Origin: an uncultured Verrucomicrobiae bacterium
GTDB lineage: Bacteria; Verrucomicrobiota; Verrucomicrobiia; Chthoniobacterales; JAFAMB01
Reading direction: 5' to 3'
NCBI GenBank assembly: GCA_963793135.1
Contig: CAWBYX010000028.1
Span: forward strand, 119,886 to 183,885
Length of the DNA: 64,000 nucleotides
Position numbers and translations under genes: made by a program. The notes beneath the pieces were generated by a model. The model worked only from the letters and a program-made list of their open reading frames with translations. It had not been told where the DNA came from and searched no databases. Positions 16,007 to 26,187 of the stretch are shown here, in pieces (the stretch's first letter is position 1; each line of letters starts with the position of its first letter).

Positions 16007-18487
16007 ATGAGTGAATTGGAGCGCCGCCGACCATTTTTTCTCCGACCGTTTTTTATCATCACGGTCGTGGTCCTATGTCTCTTAGGCGGGGCCGGGGCAT
16101 GGTTCGCGCTGGACTTTGTAGGCAAATACGAGAAGAAGGCTGCGGAATTCGATCTCGCAAAATTGGATGCAGTTGAGTCGGCGAGCGTGATCTACGACCG
16201 CTATGGACAGGTTTTCGGTAAGATTTTTATTCAAAATCGGGAACAAGTCCCGTTAGACCAGATTTCCCCGTACCTGGTCGATGCTGTGATCGCGGAGGAG
16301 GATAACCGCTTTTACGAACACAGCGGCGTTGACTTTTTCGGGATGTTTCGCGCGCTGCTCAAGAATACCCAGGCCGGCCGTATCCGGCAGGGTGCCAGCA
16401 CAGTCACCCAACAGCTGGCGAGGAACGTATTCGATCTTCGGGATCGCACTTACGATCGGAAAATACTCGAGGTTTTCCTCGCGATGCGGCTCGAACGGTT
16501 TGTGCCGAAGAAAAAGATCATGGAACTCTACCTCAACCGGGTCTACTTCGGAGGTGGCCTGTACGGGGCAGAGGCGGCGGCTAAGGGATACTTCGGAAAG
16601 CCCGCCAAAGAGCTTACGGTGGGAGAGGCAGCGATGCTGGCTGCTCTTTTGAAAAGTCCGAACAATCTGTCGCCGTGGCACAATTTAGAGGCCGCGACAC
16701 AGGAGCGGGATTTCGTTCTGGGCCGGATGGTCGAGGAGCATAAGATTTCTCAGCAAGTCGCCGATGCGGCAAGGCAACAGCCGCTCCAGGTACAGCCGAA
16801 GGGCAGCGTGGTGTCGCAGTCTTACGCGATCGATTTAATCCGGCAGCAGGTGCAGGGACAGATCGGGCTTGAGTCCATTGGAAGTCAGGGGTACCAAATC
16901 TACACCACCCTGGACCCCGTTCTTCAACGAACGGCTGAGGAATCACTTCAGCGTGAGTTGGAAAAGGTTGAGGAACAGCCCGAGTATCAGCATCAGAAAT
17001 ACGCTGACTACACGAGTTTTCTGAAGACGTGGAAAACCACGCATACGGCTCCCGCGACGCCTCCGCTCCCGGAATATCTGCAAGGATCTGTGGTGGCCGT
17101 GGACAATCGGACCGGAGGGATATTAGCGCTCGTCGGGGGACGCGATTTTTCCCAGAGCGAATACGATCGCGCGCTCCAGTCGAAGCGGCCGGCAGGAACT
17201 GCGTTTATTCCTTTGGTCTTCACAGCCGCGCTGGAAAAGGGGGTTTTTCCGGGTGCGTTGTTCGAAGACTCTCCTCTGGATAATCGTCAGGTGATGATCG
17301 GAGGCACCACTGGCATTCTGGGTGAGTGGGGGGTGGAACGGGCGGATAACCAGTACGAAGGGCCGCTGCCGATGCGCCGCATTTTTGCGATGTCGAAGAA
17401 CGCGGCGACGGTCCGAATCGGCGTGGAAGCGGGTCTCGATTCCGTGCTCAAGCTGGCGAAAAAAGCTGGGATTCAAGATGATCTGCGTCCTTATCCCGCA
17501 ACTTTTCTTGGGAGTAGCGATGTCACTCTGGCGGATCTGGTCACTTCTTACACCATGTTTCCTGGAAACGGTTCGCGCCCGGAGCGTTTGTTGCTGGTCA
17601 ATAAGATTGTAACACAAGATGGCCAGGAGATTTATCACTCGGAACCGCAACGGGTGAAAGTGATCGATCCGGGTGTCGCCTTCGAGATGCATTCCTTTTT
17701 AACGGAGGTCATGCAGACCGGGACGGCTTCGAATGCGCGCCAGCAATTCGGATTGAAGCAGTTTCCGGCTGCCGGAAAGACCGGCACAGCGTACAACTTT
17801 ACGGATGTCTGGTTTGTCGGGTACGATAGCGAGGTTACCTGCGGTGTGTGGGCTGGTTTCGATAAGCCTCAAACGATCATGCGCGGAGCATTTTCGAATC
17901 AAATAGCCTTGCCAGTTTGGACCGACATCATGAACGCTTCGCTGGCCAAGCAGCCTCCCAGAGAGCTGGGAAGACCGATCGATCTCAAGCGCGTTGAAGT
18001 CTGTCTTGATACCGGTCTGCCGGCCTCCCCGAAGTGTATGCTGACCTCGGTTGCGGATCCATGGTTGCCTCCGCGAAAAGGCACGTTTTTCGAGTTTTCG
18101 ACTGCCAAACAACTACCCAATGAAACTTGCTGGCTGCATGGAGATGATACCCGCTCCTTTGTGCGAAATCTTCGTTCGCAAGACGCTCCACGTGCCACAA
18201 ATGCGACCGACCCCGCTCAGACGGCTCCAGTGTTGGTTCGCGAAGCGACACTGCTGGGGGACGATCCCTATCAATCCGTAAAGCCGCGCCCCAAAGAACC
18301 GCCGCAGCTCGCCCAGGCGAAAGCTGATTGGACGCCAGCTCCTCGCGCTCTTCCTGTCGACAAACCCCCACCTGAAGTTCGCCGGGCGGAGCCAGCCGGC
18401 CCACTCGACCGCCAGCAGCAACCGCCACCAGTCGATTTACCGACGCCTCCGCCGGTGGACCTCAACGACGATCCGACGAATTTGTAG
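16007..18487 (+). CDS. mrcA: Class A penicillin-binding protein (PBP1A-like) with an intact glycosyltransferase domain and an atypical transpeptidase active-site motif
   Basis: GT51 motifs AEEDNRFYEHSGVD, GASTVTQQLARN, RKILE. Transpeptidase motifs SKN and KTGT are present, but the SxxK position reads RPAGTAFIP (17198-17209). Pro-rich C-terminal tail. Confidence 0.88.
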   Translation: MSELERRRPFFLRPFFIITVVVLCLLGGAGAWFALDFVGKYEKKAAEFDLAKLDAVESASVIYDRYGQVFGKIFIQNREQVPLDQISPYLVDAVIAEEDNRFYEHSGVDFFGMFRALLKNTQAGRIRQGASTVTQQLARNVFDLRDRTYDRKILEVFLAMRLERFVPKKKIMELYLNRVYFGGGLYGAEAAAKGYFGKPAKELTVGEAAMLAALLKSPNNLSPWHNLEAATQERDFVLGRMVEEHKISQQVADAARQQPLQVQPKGSVVSQSYAIDLIRQQVQGQIGLESIGSQGYQIYTTLDPVLQRTAEESLQRELEKVEEQPEYQHQKYADYTSFLKTWKTTHTAPATPPLPEYLQGSVVAVDNRTGGILALVGGRDFSQSEYDRALQSKRPAGTAFIPLVFTAALEKGVFPGALFEDSPLDNRQVMIGGTTGILGEWGVERADNQYEGPLPMRRIFAMSKNAATVRIGVEAGLDSVLKLAKKAGIQDDLRPYPATFLGSSDVTLADLVTSYTMFPGNGSRPERLLLVNKIVTQDGQEIYHSEPQRVKVIDPGVAFEMHSFLTEVMQTGTASNARQQFGLKQFPAAGKTGTAYNFTDVWFVGYDSEVTCGVWAGFDKPQTIMRGAFSNQIALPVWTDIMNASLAKQPPRELGRPIDLKRVEVCLDTGLPASPKCMLTSVADPWLPPRKGTFFEFSTAKQLPNETCWLHGDDTRSFVRNLRSQDAPRATNATDPAQTAPVLVREATLLGDDPYQSVKPRPKEPPQLAQAKADWTPAPRALPVDKPPPEVRRAEPAGPLDRQQQPPPVDLPTPPPVDLNDDPTNL

Positions 18488-18500
18488 TCGGCTTATACGA

Positions 18501-19425
18501 ATGACTAGAACATCCGGAATACGTAATGAATTCGAGATTTACGACGAGCGATTTCTTTATCTAACTCTTGGAAACGCCTGGGTCGAAAAGCTTCACACCG
18601 GCTCGCTTTGGGCTGAGGGCCCAGTTTATTTTGCAGATGGCGACTACCTGGTCTGGAGCGATATTCCAAACAATCGAATGCTGCGTTGGGCGGGCGGCCA
18701 AGTGAGCGTTTTTCGGGATTTTGCTAACAATAGCAACGGCAACACGCGTGACCGCCAGGGCCGTTTGGTCACCTGCGAGCACGGAGCCCGGCGGGTGACC
18801 CGAACGGAGCCGGATGGCACAGATCACGGTTTTAGTTGATCAATTCGAAGGCAAGAGGTTGAACTCTCCGAACGATGTCGTTGTCAAGTCGGACGGAACC
18901 ATCTGGTTCACTGATCCGCCTTACGGGATTTTATCCGACTATGAAGGGCATGTGGCCGAGAGCGAATATGGCGGTTGTTATGTTTTCCGTTTCGACCCGG
19001 TGACCGGAAATCTGGAGGCGGTGGTCAAGGATTTCAATAAGCCGAATGGGATTGCTTTTTCTCCTGATGAATCAAAGCTCTATATTGTTGATACCGGCGG
19101 TTCTCACTCGATGGACGGTGAACATCATATCCGGGCTTTCTCCGTCGACAATCAGGGCCGGCTAAGCGGAGGAGACCTCTTTGCCGAGGTATCGCCAGGT
19201 CTGGCAGACGGACTTCGCGTGGATCAGCAAGGTAATATCTGGACGAGCGCCGGAGATGGCGTGCACTGTTATTCCCCGGATGGGGTTCGGTTGGGAAAAA
19301 TCCTGGTACCGGAGCCGGTGGCAAATTTAACCTTTGGCGGTCCCAAAAGGAACCGGATCTTCATTACAGCCACCACTTCCTTGTACGCCGTCTATGTCGC
19401 GGCGACCGGAGCTCAACGTCCTTAG
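18501..19425 (+). CDS. SMP-30/gluconolactonase/LRE-family protein, apparent frameshift near 18815-18835
   Basis: ORFs 18501..18839 and 18814..19425 join. Motifs: WAEGPVYF, NSPNDVVVKSDGTIWFTDPPYG, PNGIAFSPDE, GLADGLRVD. Confidence 0.8.
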
Positions 19426-19557
19426 GATATGCTTAACGGCGGTCGTACGGCCCGAATAGGTCACTTCTGGTGATTGCCCGAAGGGGCACGACGCCCCAAC
19501 GGGCACGGAACCCGAAGGATCGAATGATTGGCGCTAAACACTTAAGGCTTTAAAGAT

Positions 19558-21081
19558 ATGCTTACCCAGCAGGCAATCGCGATTCAGCTGAATCGATCGG
19601 ATGACGTATTAATCGCCTGCCAAGACGTTCCGGCCGGGACGCTGATCGACGAGTTCGGGCTAACCGTGCAAAACCCTGTTCCGGCTGGGCACAAGATCGC
19701 TGTTCGGAACATTGCTTCCGGCGAAGCCGTCCGAAGGTACAATCAGATCATTGGGTTCGCATCGAAACCAATCCTGGCCGGCGAACATGTCCATGTACAA
19801 AACCTCAAGGTCGAAACCTTCGATCGTGATTACGCCTTCTGTACAGACGCCAGGCCGACGATCTACGTTCAGCCGGGTGCGACGTTTAGTGGTTTCGTTC
19901 GTTCGGACGGGCGCGTCGCGACGCGGAATTATCTGGGAGTGCTGACTACGGTGAATTGCTCGGCCACGGTCGCCCGAAAGATCTCGGAAGCATTCACCGA
20001 TGAGGCACTGAGCGAGTACCCGAACGTTGATGGCGTCGTAGCGATCACCCATACCACGGGATGTGGGATGGATATCAACGGAGAGGGAATGCAGGTCTTG
20101 CGCCGCACCCTGTCTGGTTATGCACGACACGTCAACTTTTGCGGGATACTGATGATCGGGCTCGGTTGCGAGGTCAACCAGGCGGAAGACCTGTTTTCGA
20201 CTCAGAACCTCCCGACAGGTCCACTTTTATCCTCGATGACGATCCAGGAGTCGGGAGGTACGGTAAGCGCAATAAGGCGGGGCATCGAACGGATCCGGGA
20301 AATGTTGCCGGTGGCCAACCAATTTACCCGTCAGACTGTGCCGGCTGGCCACTTGACCGTCGGTCTCCAATGCGGGGGTTCGGACAGCTATTCAGGAATT
20401 ACGGCGAATCCGGCCCTCGGCGCCGCGGTTGACCTGTTGGTCAGCCACGGCGGTACCGCGATTTTGTCTGAAACACCTGAGATCTATGGCGCAGAACATT
20501 TGCTGACACGACGGGCAGCCTCTCCGGAAATCGGTGAAAAGCTGATTTCGAGAATTCGTTGGTGGGAAGCGTACACTGAGCGGGAGCGGGGGGAGATGAA
20601 TAATAATCCTTCGCCTGGTAACAAGGCCGGAGGACTCACGACCATCCTTGAGAAATCGCTCGGAGCGGTAGCGAAAGGAGGGACTACCAATCTGGTGGAC
20701 GTATTCGAATACGCTGAACCTATTGCCGCCAAGGGATTGGTTTTTATGGATACGCCCGGTTATGATCCTGTTTCTGCCACCGGACAGGTCGCAGGTGGCG
20801 CAAATTTGATTTGTTTTACCACCGGCCGGGGGTCGGTCTACGGATGCAAGCCCGCGCCCTCGCTGAAATTGGCAACCAGCTCGCGGCTGTACCGGCAAAT
20901 GGCGGACGACATGGACATCAATTGCGGGGAAATTCTGGACGGTGGGGCATCGATTCAGGAAGTGGGAGAGCGAATCTTTCAGCTGATTTTGGAAACCGCT
21001 TCGGGGCGGAAATCCCGCTCGGAGGCTCACGGGTTTGGCGCGGAAGAGTTCGTGCCCTGGATGCTTGGGGCGGTCATGTAG
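19558..21081 (+). CDS. UxaA-family sugar-acid dehydratase (altronate/galactarate dehydratase-like)
   Basis: N-terminal SAF domain (AGHKIAVRNIASGEAVRRYNQIIGFA) plus the large C-terminal dehydratase domain. 507 aa, intact. Confidence 0.85.
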   Translation: MLTQQAIAIQLNRSDDVLIACQDVPAGTLIDEFGLTVQNPVPAGHKIAVRNIASGEAVRRYNQIIGFASKPILAGEHVHVQNLKVETFDRDYAFCTDARPTIYVQPGATFSGFVRSDGRVATRNYLGVLTTVNCSATVARKISEAFTDEALSEYPNVDGVVAITHTTGCGMDINGEGMQVLRRTLSGYARHVNFCGILMIGLGCEVNQAEDLFSTQNLPTGPLLSSMTIQESGGTVSAIRRGIERIREMLPVANQFTRQTVPAGHLTVGLQCGGSDSYSGITANPALGAAVDLLVSHGGTAILSETPEIYGAEHLLTRRAASPEIGEKLISRIRWWEAYTERERGEMNNNPSPGNKAGGLTTILEKSLGAVAKGGTTNLVDVFEYAEPIAAKGLVFMDTPGYDPVSATGQVAGGANLICFTTGRGSVYGCKPAPSLKLATSSRLYRQMADDMDINCGEILDGGASIQEVGERIFQLILETASGRKSRSEAHGFGAEEFVPWMLGAVM

Positions 21082-21324
21082 CTGAGCTTCTCGCGACATC
21101 TGCAATCCCGAAGGAGCAAAGCGGAAGTGGTTTGCGGATCGCATTTTGCGAGCCCTTGTTGCCCTCTTTTTCGCGTTCTGCCAGTGACGGACTTGGTTCC
21201 CATTCTGGAGGTTCAAAGTTTACTGCCTGAATTCCCTGAACCGAAGTCAACCGATAGTTCTGAAGGCCGCTGGGCACGGGAATAGCTCCTGTCGACCGGG
21301 AATGGACAGCCAGTAAAGATCCAC

Positions 21325-21840
21325 TTGGGCAAGTTCTCCACACCCTTTGACGAATTTGAAGATCCGGGCCGGGGCGCACCCGCCGCCCGGCGCGGAAGAA
21401 TCGTGTATTGCCTGCAAGCTGGATTGCGCGGATTGAGTGTCGGCGCGCTTTGGGTGGCGATTCTGACCGCGGGCTTCCTGATCGCGCGCCACGCTCTTCC
21501 GTTGATGACGGGATCACAAGCCCCGATTTCTTTTAAGTCCGCCGTCCCTTTGATCGCGATCGGAATTTCGTACCTCGTTCTCATCCTCTCCCTGCGCCGC
21601 ACGCTGGGTCAACGTTTAGTCGGGATTTCTGTGGGATTGGCCTTTGTGCTTTGGGGATTGGAACAGTTCCTGAGGGATCAGGCATGGATTTCTTTTATTG
21701 ACGACGTGGTGGTCTTTCTCTTTGTCGCCGATCTGAGCATTGTCATCCGGCACAATCTCAAGAGTTGTGTGGGTGAACGCCAGGTTTCCAAAGCCTGCAC
21801 GGATGAGCTTAGTGGTCACGACGACAATTCCTCCGGATAA
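21325..21840 (+). CDS. Hypothetical integral membrane protein
   Basis: Several hydrophobic spans. No family recognised, and the start is uncertain. Confidence 0.4.
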   Translation: MGKFSTPFDEFEDPGRGAPAARRGRIVYCLQAGLRGLSVGALWVAILTAGFLIARHALPLMTGSQAPISFKSAVPLIAIGISYLVLILSLRRTLGQRLVGISVGLAFVLWGLEQFLRDQAWISFIDDVVVFLFVADLSIVIRHNLKSCVGERQVSKACTDELSGHDDNSSG

Positions 21841-21940
21841 GTGGAGTGAGATTTTCAAGGATGAATCCGTTGCCGGGGCTGTCGCGCATCGGTTGCTCGA
21901 TCGCGGGCATTTGCTGGAGGCAACTGGAGCTCCCTATCCG
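21806..21940 (+). pseudogene. Relic of an IstB-like (IS21 helper ATPase) C-terminus
   Basis: Frame-2 translation SLVVTTTIPPDKWSEIFKDESVAGAVAHRLLDRGHLLEATGAPYP matches the IstB C-terminal pattern (compare the intact copy here: [46 protein letters not shown]). There is no upstream ATPase part. Confidence 0.5.
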
Positions 21941-22154
21941 CACCTATTTAACCGGCCGGTAATGTTAGGACTATCGTAGTTCACCTGAACGACTCCATCC
22001 TGCGGGTAGCCTGTATTGAGACCCGTATCGACACCGGGGTCACTGGGAATTTTTTTATTTTGAAACTCGTCTACTTGAAATCCCAAGTACTTAGTTGAGG
22101 GGAGATATCAATCGCCCTGAAACCAGATTTGAACATTGTTAGGGGGCTTCTCGA

Positions 22155-22844
22155 ATGATTAAACGTCTCGGAAATCTGATCACGGGGTTTCTGCACTTGT
22201 TGACTGCTGCTTTGGAGGAAAGAAACCCCGATGTTTTGCTCGCTTTAGAGCAGGAAAATTTGCGCAAACAGCTCGGAAATTACAACCGCGGGCTATCAAC
22301 GCATGCCAGCTTGTGCGAGCGTCTTAATACGCAGGTCAAACGATTGGAGAACGAAGAGCGATCACTGCGCGTGCAAACTACGGTGCTTGTGCGGGGCGGA
22401 AAACGTCAAAAGGCAGGGGGCTTCGCCCTTCGACTGCAGACCGTCGAGAGAGATCTTCGGGAAAGCCGAGCCCAGTTGGCGCGCGCAGAGGAAGTTTATC
22501 GGGAACTGAGTAGGGCTCGAGACCGGTCATTCAAAGGGGCTCAGAGCCAGATTCAGGCGCTGCGTTTCGACTTGGACGATCTTAAGATCAGGCGCGCGAC
22601 CGCAGAGCTGACAGAAGCGGCTTCGGGATTAATCACGCAGATCGGCGGATCTGGTGACACGCTGAAGCGGTTGCAAGAACTGGTCGAAAACGAACGTGAC
22701 AGGGCTGCAGGCAAGGCGCGTATCGCCGGTGACGCAATGGCTTCCACGAGTTTTCAACTGGATGAGGCGCAACAAGAAGTACTGGCCGAACAGGCGCTAA
22801 CTGATTTTGAGCGAAATAGAAATAGCTACGAACTCAGAGGGTGA
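22155..22844 (+). CDS. PspA/IM30 (Vipp1) family membrane-stress protein
   Basis: 229 aa, all coiled-coil, with the PspA-type N-terminus (..LEERNPDVLLALEQENLRKQL..) and heptad-rich Arg/Glu/Leu blocks. Confidence 0.75.
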   Translation: MIKRLGNLITGFLHLLTAALEERNPDVLLALEQENLRKQLGNYNRGLSTHASLCERLNTQVKRLENEERSLRVQTTVLVRGGKRQKAGGFALRLQTVERDLRESRAQLARAEEVYRELSRARDRSFKGAQSQIQALRFDLDDLKIRRATAELTEAASGLITQIGGSGDTLKRLQELVENERDRAAGKARIAGDAMASTSFQLDEAQQEVLAEQALTDFERNRNSYELRG

Positions 22845-23013
22845 GAAAGCGAAGGGGAGAATTGGCTGCCGATAGCGCCAAGCAATCTGGAAAGAAACTA
22901 GAGTATTCGCTGTAATGCTACCTGAGCCTAGGCGTTAAGGGGTCCATCCGTAGTGCTTGCGCGAATAGGCTTTAAGGTTTAACGATCTGTTAGCTAGAAA
23001 GAGAGAGTCCGGA

Positions 23014-24746
23014 TTGGATATTTACCTGTCGTGCTTGCTCGGAGGGCTGGTTGCACTGGCAGCCTTTGTTTTGTGCGGGGCGGGGTTTCATCATCCGGGA
23101 GTTCACCACGGTGAGGCTTCCCCGGGGTATAACGGTCATGTTTCGGGCCATCACCACTCTTTGGATCGCTCAAACGCTGCCTCCAATGGCTGGTCGTCCT
23201 TTTCGATCTTGACATGGCTAAGCTGCCTCTCGCCGCTCTATCTTTGCGGCGCTGTTATTGGTTTTGGCGTTACAGGCACTTTGGTGGGGCACTTATTCCA
23301 AGGCTGGCCTTGTTTTGCGCTCGCTCTTCTGGGGGCTTACCTCACACGCATTATCTGTATTCGACCGCTGATTTCCGGGATTCTAATGTGGGCGTCACGA
23401 CCGGCGAGAACCCTGGGCGACGCCGTGCTTGAGACTGGGATTGCGGCAACCAATTTTGATGCAAACGGCTACGGCATGGTCAGGCTTTCTCTCGATGGGC
23501 AGATTGTCCAATTGCTGGGTCTGCTGGTGCCTGAGGAGTCGACCGCGCTTCGCGTTAATGCCGGGGAGAGACTTTTCATTCGCTCTGTCGACTCGGTAAG
23601 ACAACGATGCCGGGTGAGCCGAACGGCTGCGTTTCCGCTCGAGCCTCTGCCCGATAGCGCGCAAGAATTAGACGCAAAACCGCGCCGCGTCTGTCCGACT
23701 TGTGGTCATGTCTTTTCTGGGAACATGCAAGGCTGTCCGGTATGCCTGCTCCGGAAGGCTCTCGACCCCGATGTGGAGTTGATTGAAGCAGCAAACGCTG
23801 CGGCCGGTCAACCCATACCCGGATATCCAACCCAAAAATTTGAACATTATGAGCTCGTACGTGGGGCCGACGGGAAGCCGCTGGAGTTGGGTCGGGGAGC
23901 GATGGGTGTGACTTACAAGGCGTTTGATACCAGATTGAGTTGTCCCGTGGCACTAAAGGTTATTGGCGAAAGGTGCTTGGGAGACAATGGTGCCCAGTTC
24001 GCTTCCTGCGCGAAGCTCGCGCGGCAGCCAGTGTTCGACATCCGAACGTAGCTTCGGTCTTCCACCTGGGCAAAAGTGATCGAAACCATTTTTACGCGAT
24101 GGAGTTTGTCGAAGGCGAGACTTTAGAACGGCTAGTGAAACACTCAGGCCGGCTTCCAGTCAAACTAGCGCTCGAAATAGCACGACAGGTGAGCGCCGGG
24201 TTGGCCGCTGTGCACAAACAGAAGCTAGTGCATCGGGACATCAAACCGAGCAACATTATGGTGAACTTGGACGCAGAAGGCTCGGTGGTCGCCAAAATTA
24301 TCGATTTGGGCTTGGCAAAAGCAATGTATGAAGCGGGTTCTCAGGCCGGAGTCTCTGCGGCCGGAGCTTTTGTTGGAACGCCTGAGTTTTCCAGTCCCGA
24401 ACAGTTCGCCGGAGTTGGGGTCGATATCCGCTCTGATGTGTACGCTCTAGGCGCCACAGTTTGGTATATGCTGAGCGGAAAACCGCCCTTTGGCGGCACT
24501 GCCGCAGAGTTGATGTATCAGCATTTACATGCCCCGTTGCCAATTGAACTGTTGGGCCAGATCCCCCAACCGGTCTCCATTCTCCTTGCGGTGTTGCTCG
24601 AGAAGGACCCCGCCCTGCGCGTTCAGAGCCCGACGCAATTTCTAACTGCGCTACCGACGGTTATGGAAGCTATAGACTCCGGCAATCCTCTGACCCGTAT
24701 GAACCTGGAGACTCCAGCGGTTTTGGCTATTAGCCGTCCTCCTTAA
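23014..24746 (+). CDS. Fusion protein: YqiJ/NfeD-like membrane domain + CxxC..CxxC zinc ribbon + Hanks-type Ser/Thr kinase; apparent 1-nt frameshift at about 23994 (CCC run)
   Basis: TTG start. N-terminus: TM, His-rich loop, two TM segments, then an OB-like segment (GIAATNFDANGYGMVRLSLDGQIVQLLG...GERLFIRSV), as in YqiJ. Ribbon: CPTCGHVFSGNMQGCPVCLL. Kinase: LGRGAMGVTYKA, VALKV, HRDIKPSN, DLG, GTPEFSSPE. Confidence 0.75.
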
Positions 24747-24794
24747 ACGCGAATTTAATCTGAACCTGGGGAGATAAACAGAAAGGTGGGACGT

Positions 24795-26063
24795 ATGCTT
24801 AATATCACAATAATAATCGGCTTGATCGTCTTAGTGGCGGTAGCCGTCCCGCTCACCATCACCGCTTTCCTAAAGGATGTTGAGGCCGGCTCCATCCGGT
24901 TGGTAACCTGGTGGCGCGGTAGTATGAAGATCTACCGTGGACCCGGCAAATGCTACGAGGTGCCATTGCTGACTAACGGAACGACTATCTCCAGCAAAGT
25001 GATCAACGTAGATCTCGATATCACTGATCAGACGGCGGACGTCGATTCCTCGGGGATTCCAAACCCCATCAAGGTCCGAGTCCTTGCCAGCGCCATTGTA
25101 TCGGTCGGCGACAGCGACGAGTTAATCAAGACTGCAGCAAACCGCTTTTTTGCCAAAAGTAATGATGAGCAAATGGCCGCCCTAACGGATTTACTCTCAT
25201 CGTCCGGACGTCGTGCCGTTAACCTTTTGACGCACGATCAATTATTTAGCGCCAAATCCAGCGTTGGTAAAACTCACTTGCCAGGTGGTTCAGAGGACCA
25301 TTCCTTATTGCGTGTTACGGTTGCCGCGGAAGAAGATGATGATCCCTTGGCGATTATAATTCGCAAAGCTGGCTCCCGCGAGCTTACAGATCTCGGCCTG
25401 GTCTTCAACTCCCTTAACATCAAAGTCGTCCAAAGCGAAGTGGCGGATGCACGGCGGCGTCAATCTGCAGCCGAAGCGACTGCCAATGCGGATATTGTTG
25501 CGGCCAATCAAACCCGGCGCGCCAAGGAGGCGCAACTGGACGCGGAGCGATCGATTTCTGATAAGCAAAGAGAACTGGAGCAGACCCGCTTGGGGAACGC
25601 AGTGTTAATTGCTGAAGCGGAGGCCAAGCTTCAAGATGCTTTGGCGCGACAGAAGGCGAGCGAATTAAAAGCAACTCAGATCGCGCAAGCCAACGCTGAC
25701 TCCGAAGCGGTCGAGATTGCAGCCGAAGCCCGGGCAGGACAGATTCGCAAGATAGCTCAGGCGATTAAGGAGGGGGGCGAGCAATTCCTGCGATACCGCC
25801 AGATTGAGATGCTGCCAGACATTGCTCCGGCAATTGCGCAGGCCTTGGCTCAGGCGAAGCTAATAACTGTACATAGTGGCGCTGAAGGTGGTGATGCCGC
25901 CTCCGCAACAACTGATTCGATTACCAGCGTTGTCCGCACCGTACTTGCAGCACAAATCATAGGTCGCAATGGACTATTCGAAACGTCCGAGGAAACCTCG
26001 TCGAAGCACGACGGTCTTGGCGTCACCTCGAATATTGGGGGCGAAAGGATTCTTCACTCCTAA
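24795..26063 (+). CDS. Flotillin-family SPFH protein (YqiK-like)
   Basis: N-terminal TM, SPFH/Band-7 core, then a long Ala/Glu/Gln-rich flotillin coiled coil (AEATANADIVAANQTRRAKEAQLDAER...AEAEAKLQDALARQKASELKATQIAQANA). The ATG at 24795 is preceded by GAAAGG; the track start at 24786 is GTG. Confidence 0.8.
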   Translation: MLNITIIIGLIVLVAVAVPLTITAFLKDVEAGSIRLVTWWRGSMKIYRGPGKCYEVPLLTNGTTISSKVINVDLDITDQTADVDSSGIPNPIKVRVLASAIVSVGDSDELIKTAANRFFAKSNDEQMAALTDLLSSSGRRAVNLLTHDQLFSAKSSVGKTHLPGGSEDHSLLRVTVAAEEDDDPLAIIIRKAGSRELTDLGLVFNSLNIKVVQSEVADARRRQSAAEATANADIVAANQTRRAKEAQLDAERSISDKQRELEQTRLGNAVLIAEAEAKLQDALARQKASELKATQIAQANADSEAVEIAAEARAGQIRKIAQAIKEGGEQFLRYRQIEMLPDIAPAIAQALAQAKLITVHSGAEGGDAASATTDSITSVVRTVLAAQIIGRNGLFETSEETSSKHDGLGVTSNIGGERILHS

Positions 26064-26187
26064 ATTGGAGCACGGGGCTTGTGTCTCTCAGCTTGCCTTT
26101 TCGAGCGGCGATACGGCACAAGCTTTATACGGCTCCTCGTTCTGCAAATGCGAATGACAGGTTTTTTGGTTGTGTCGGTAATGCCCT

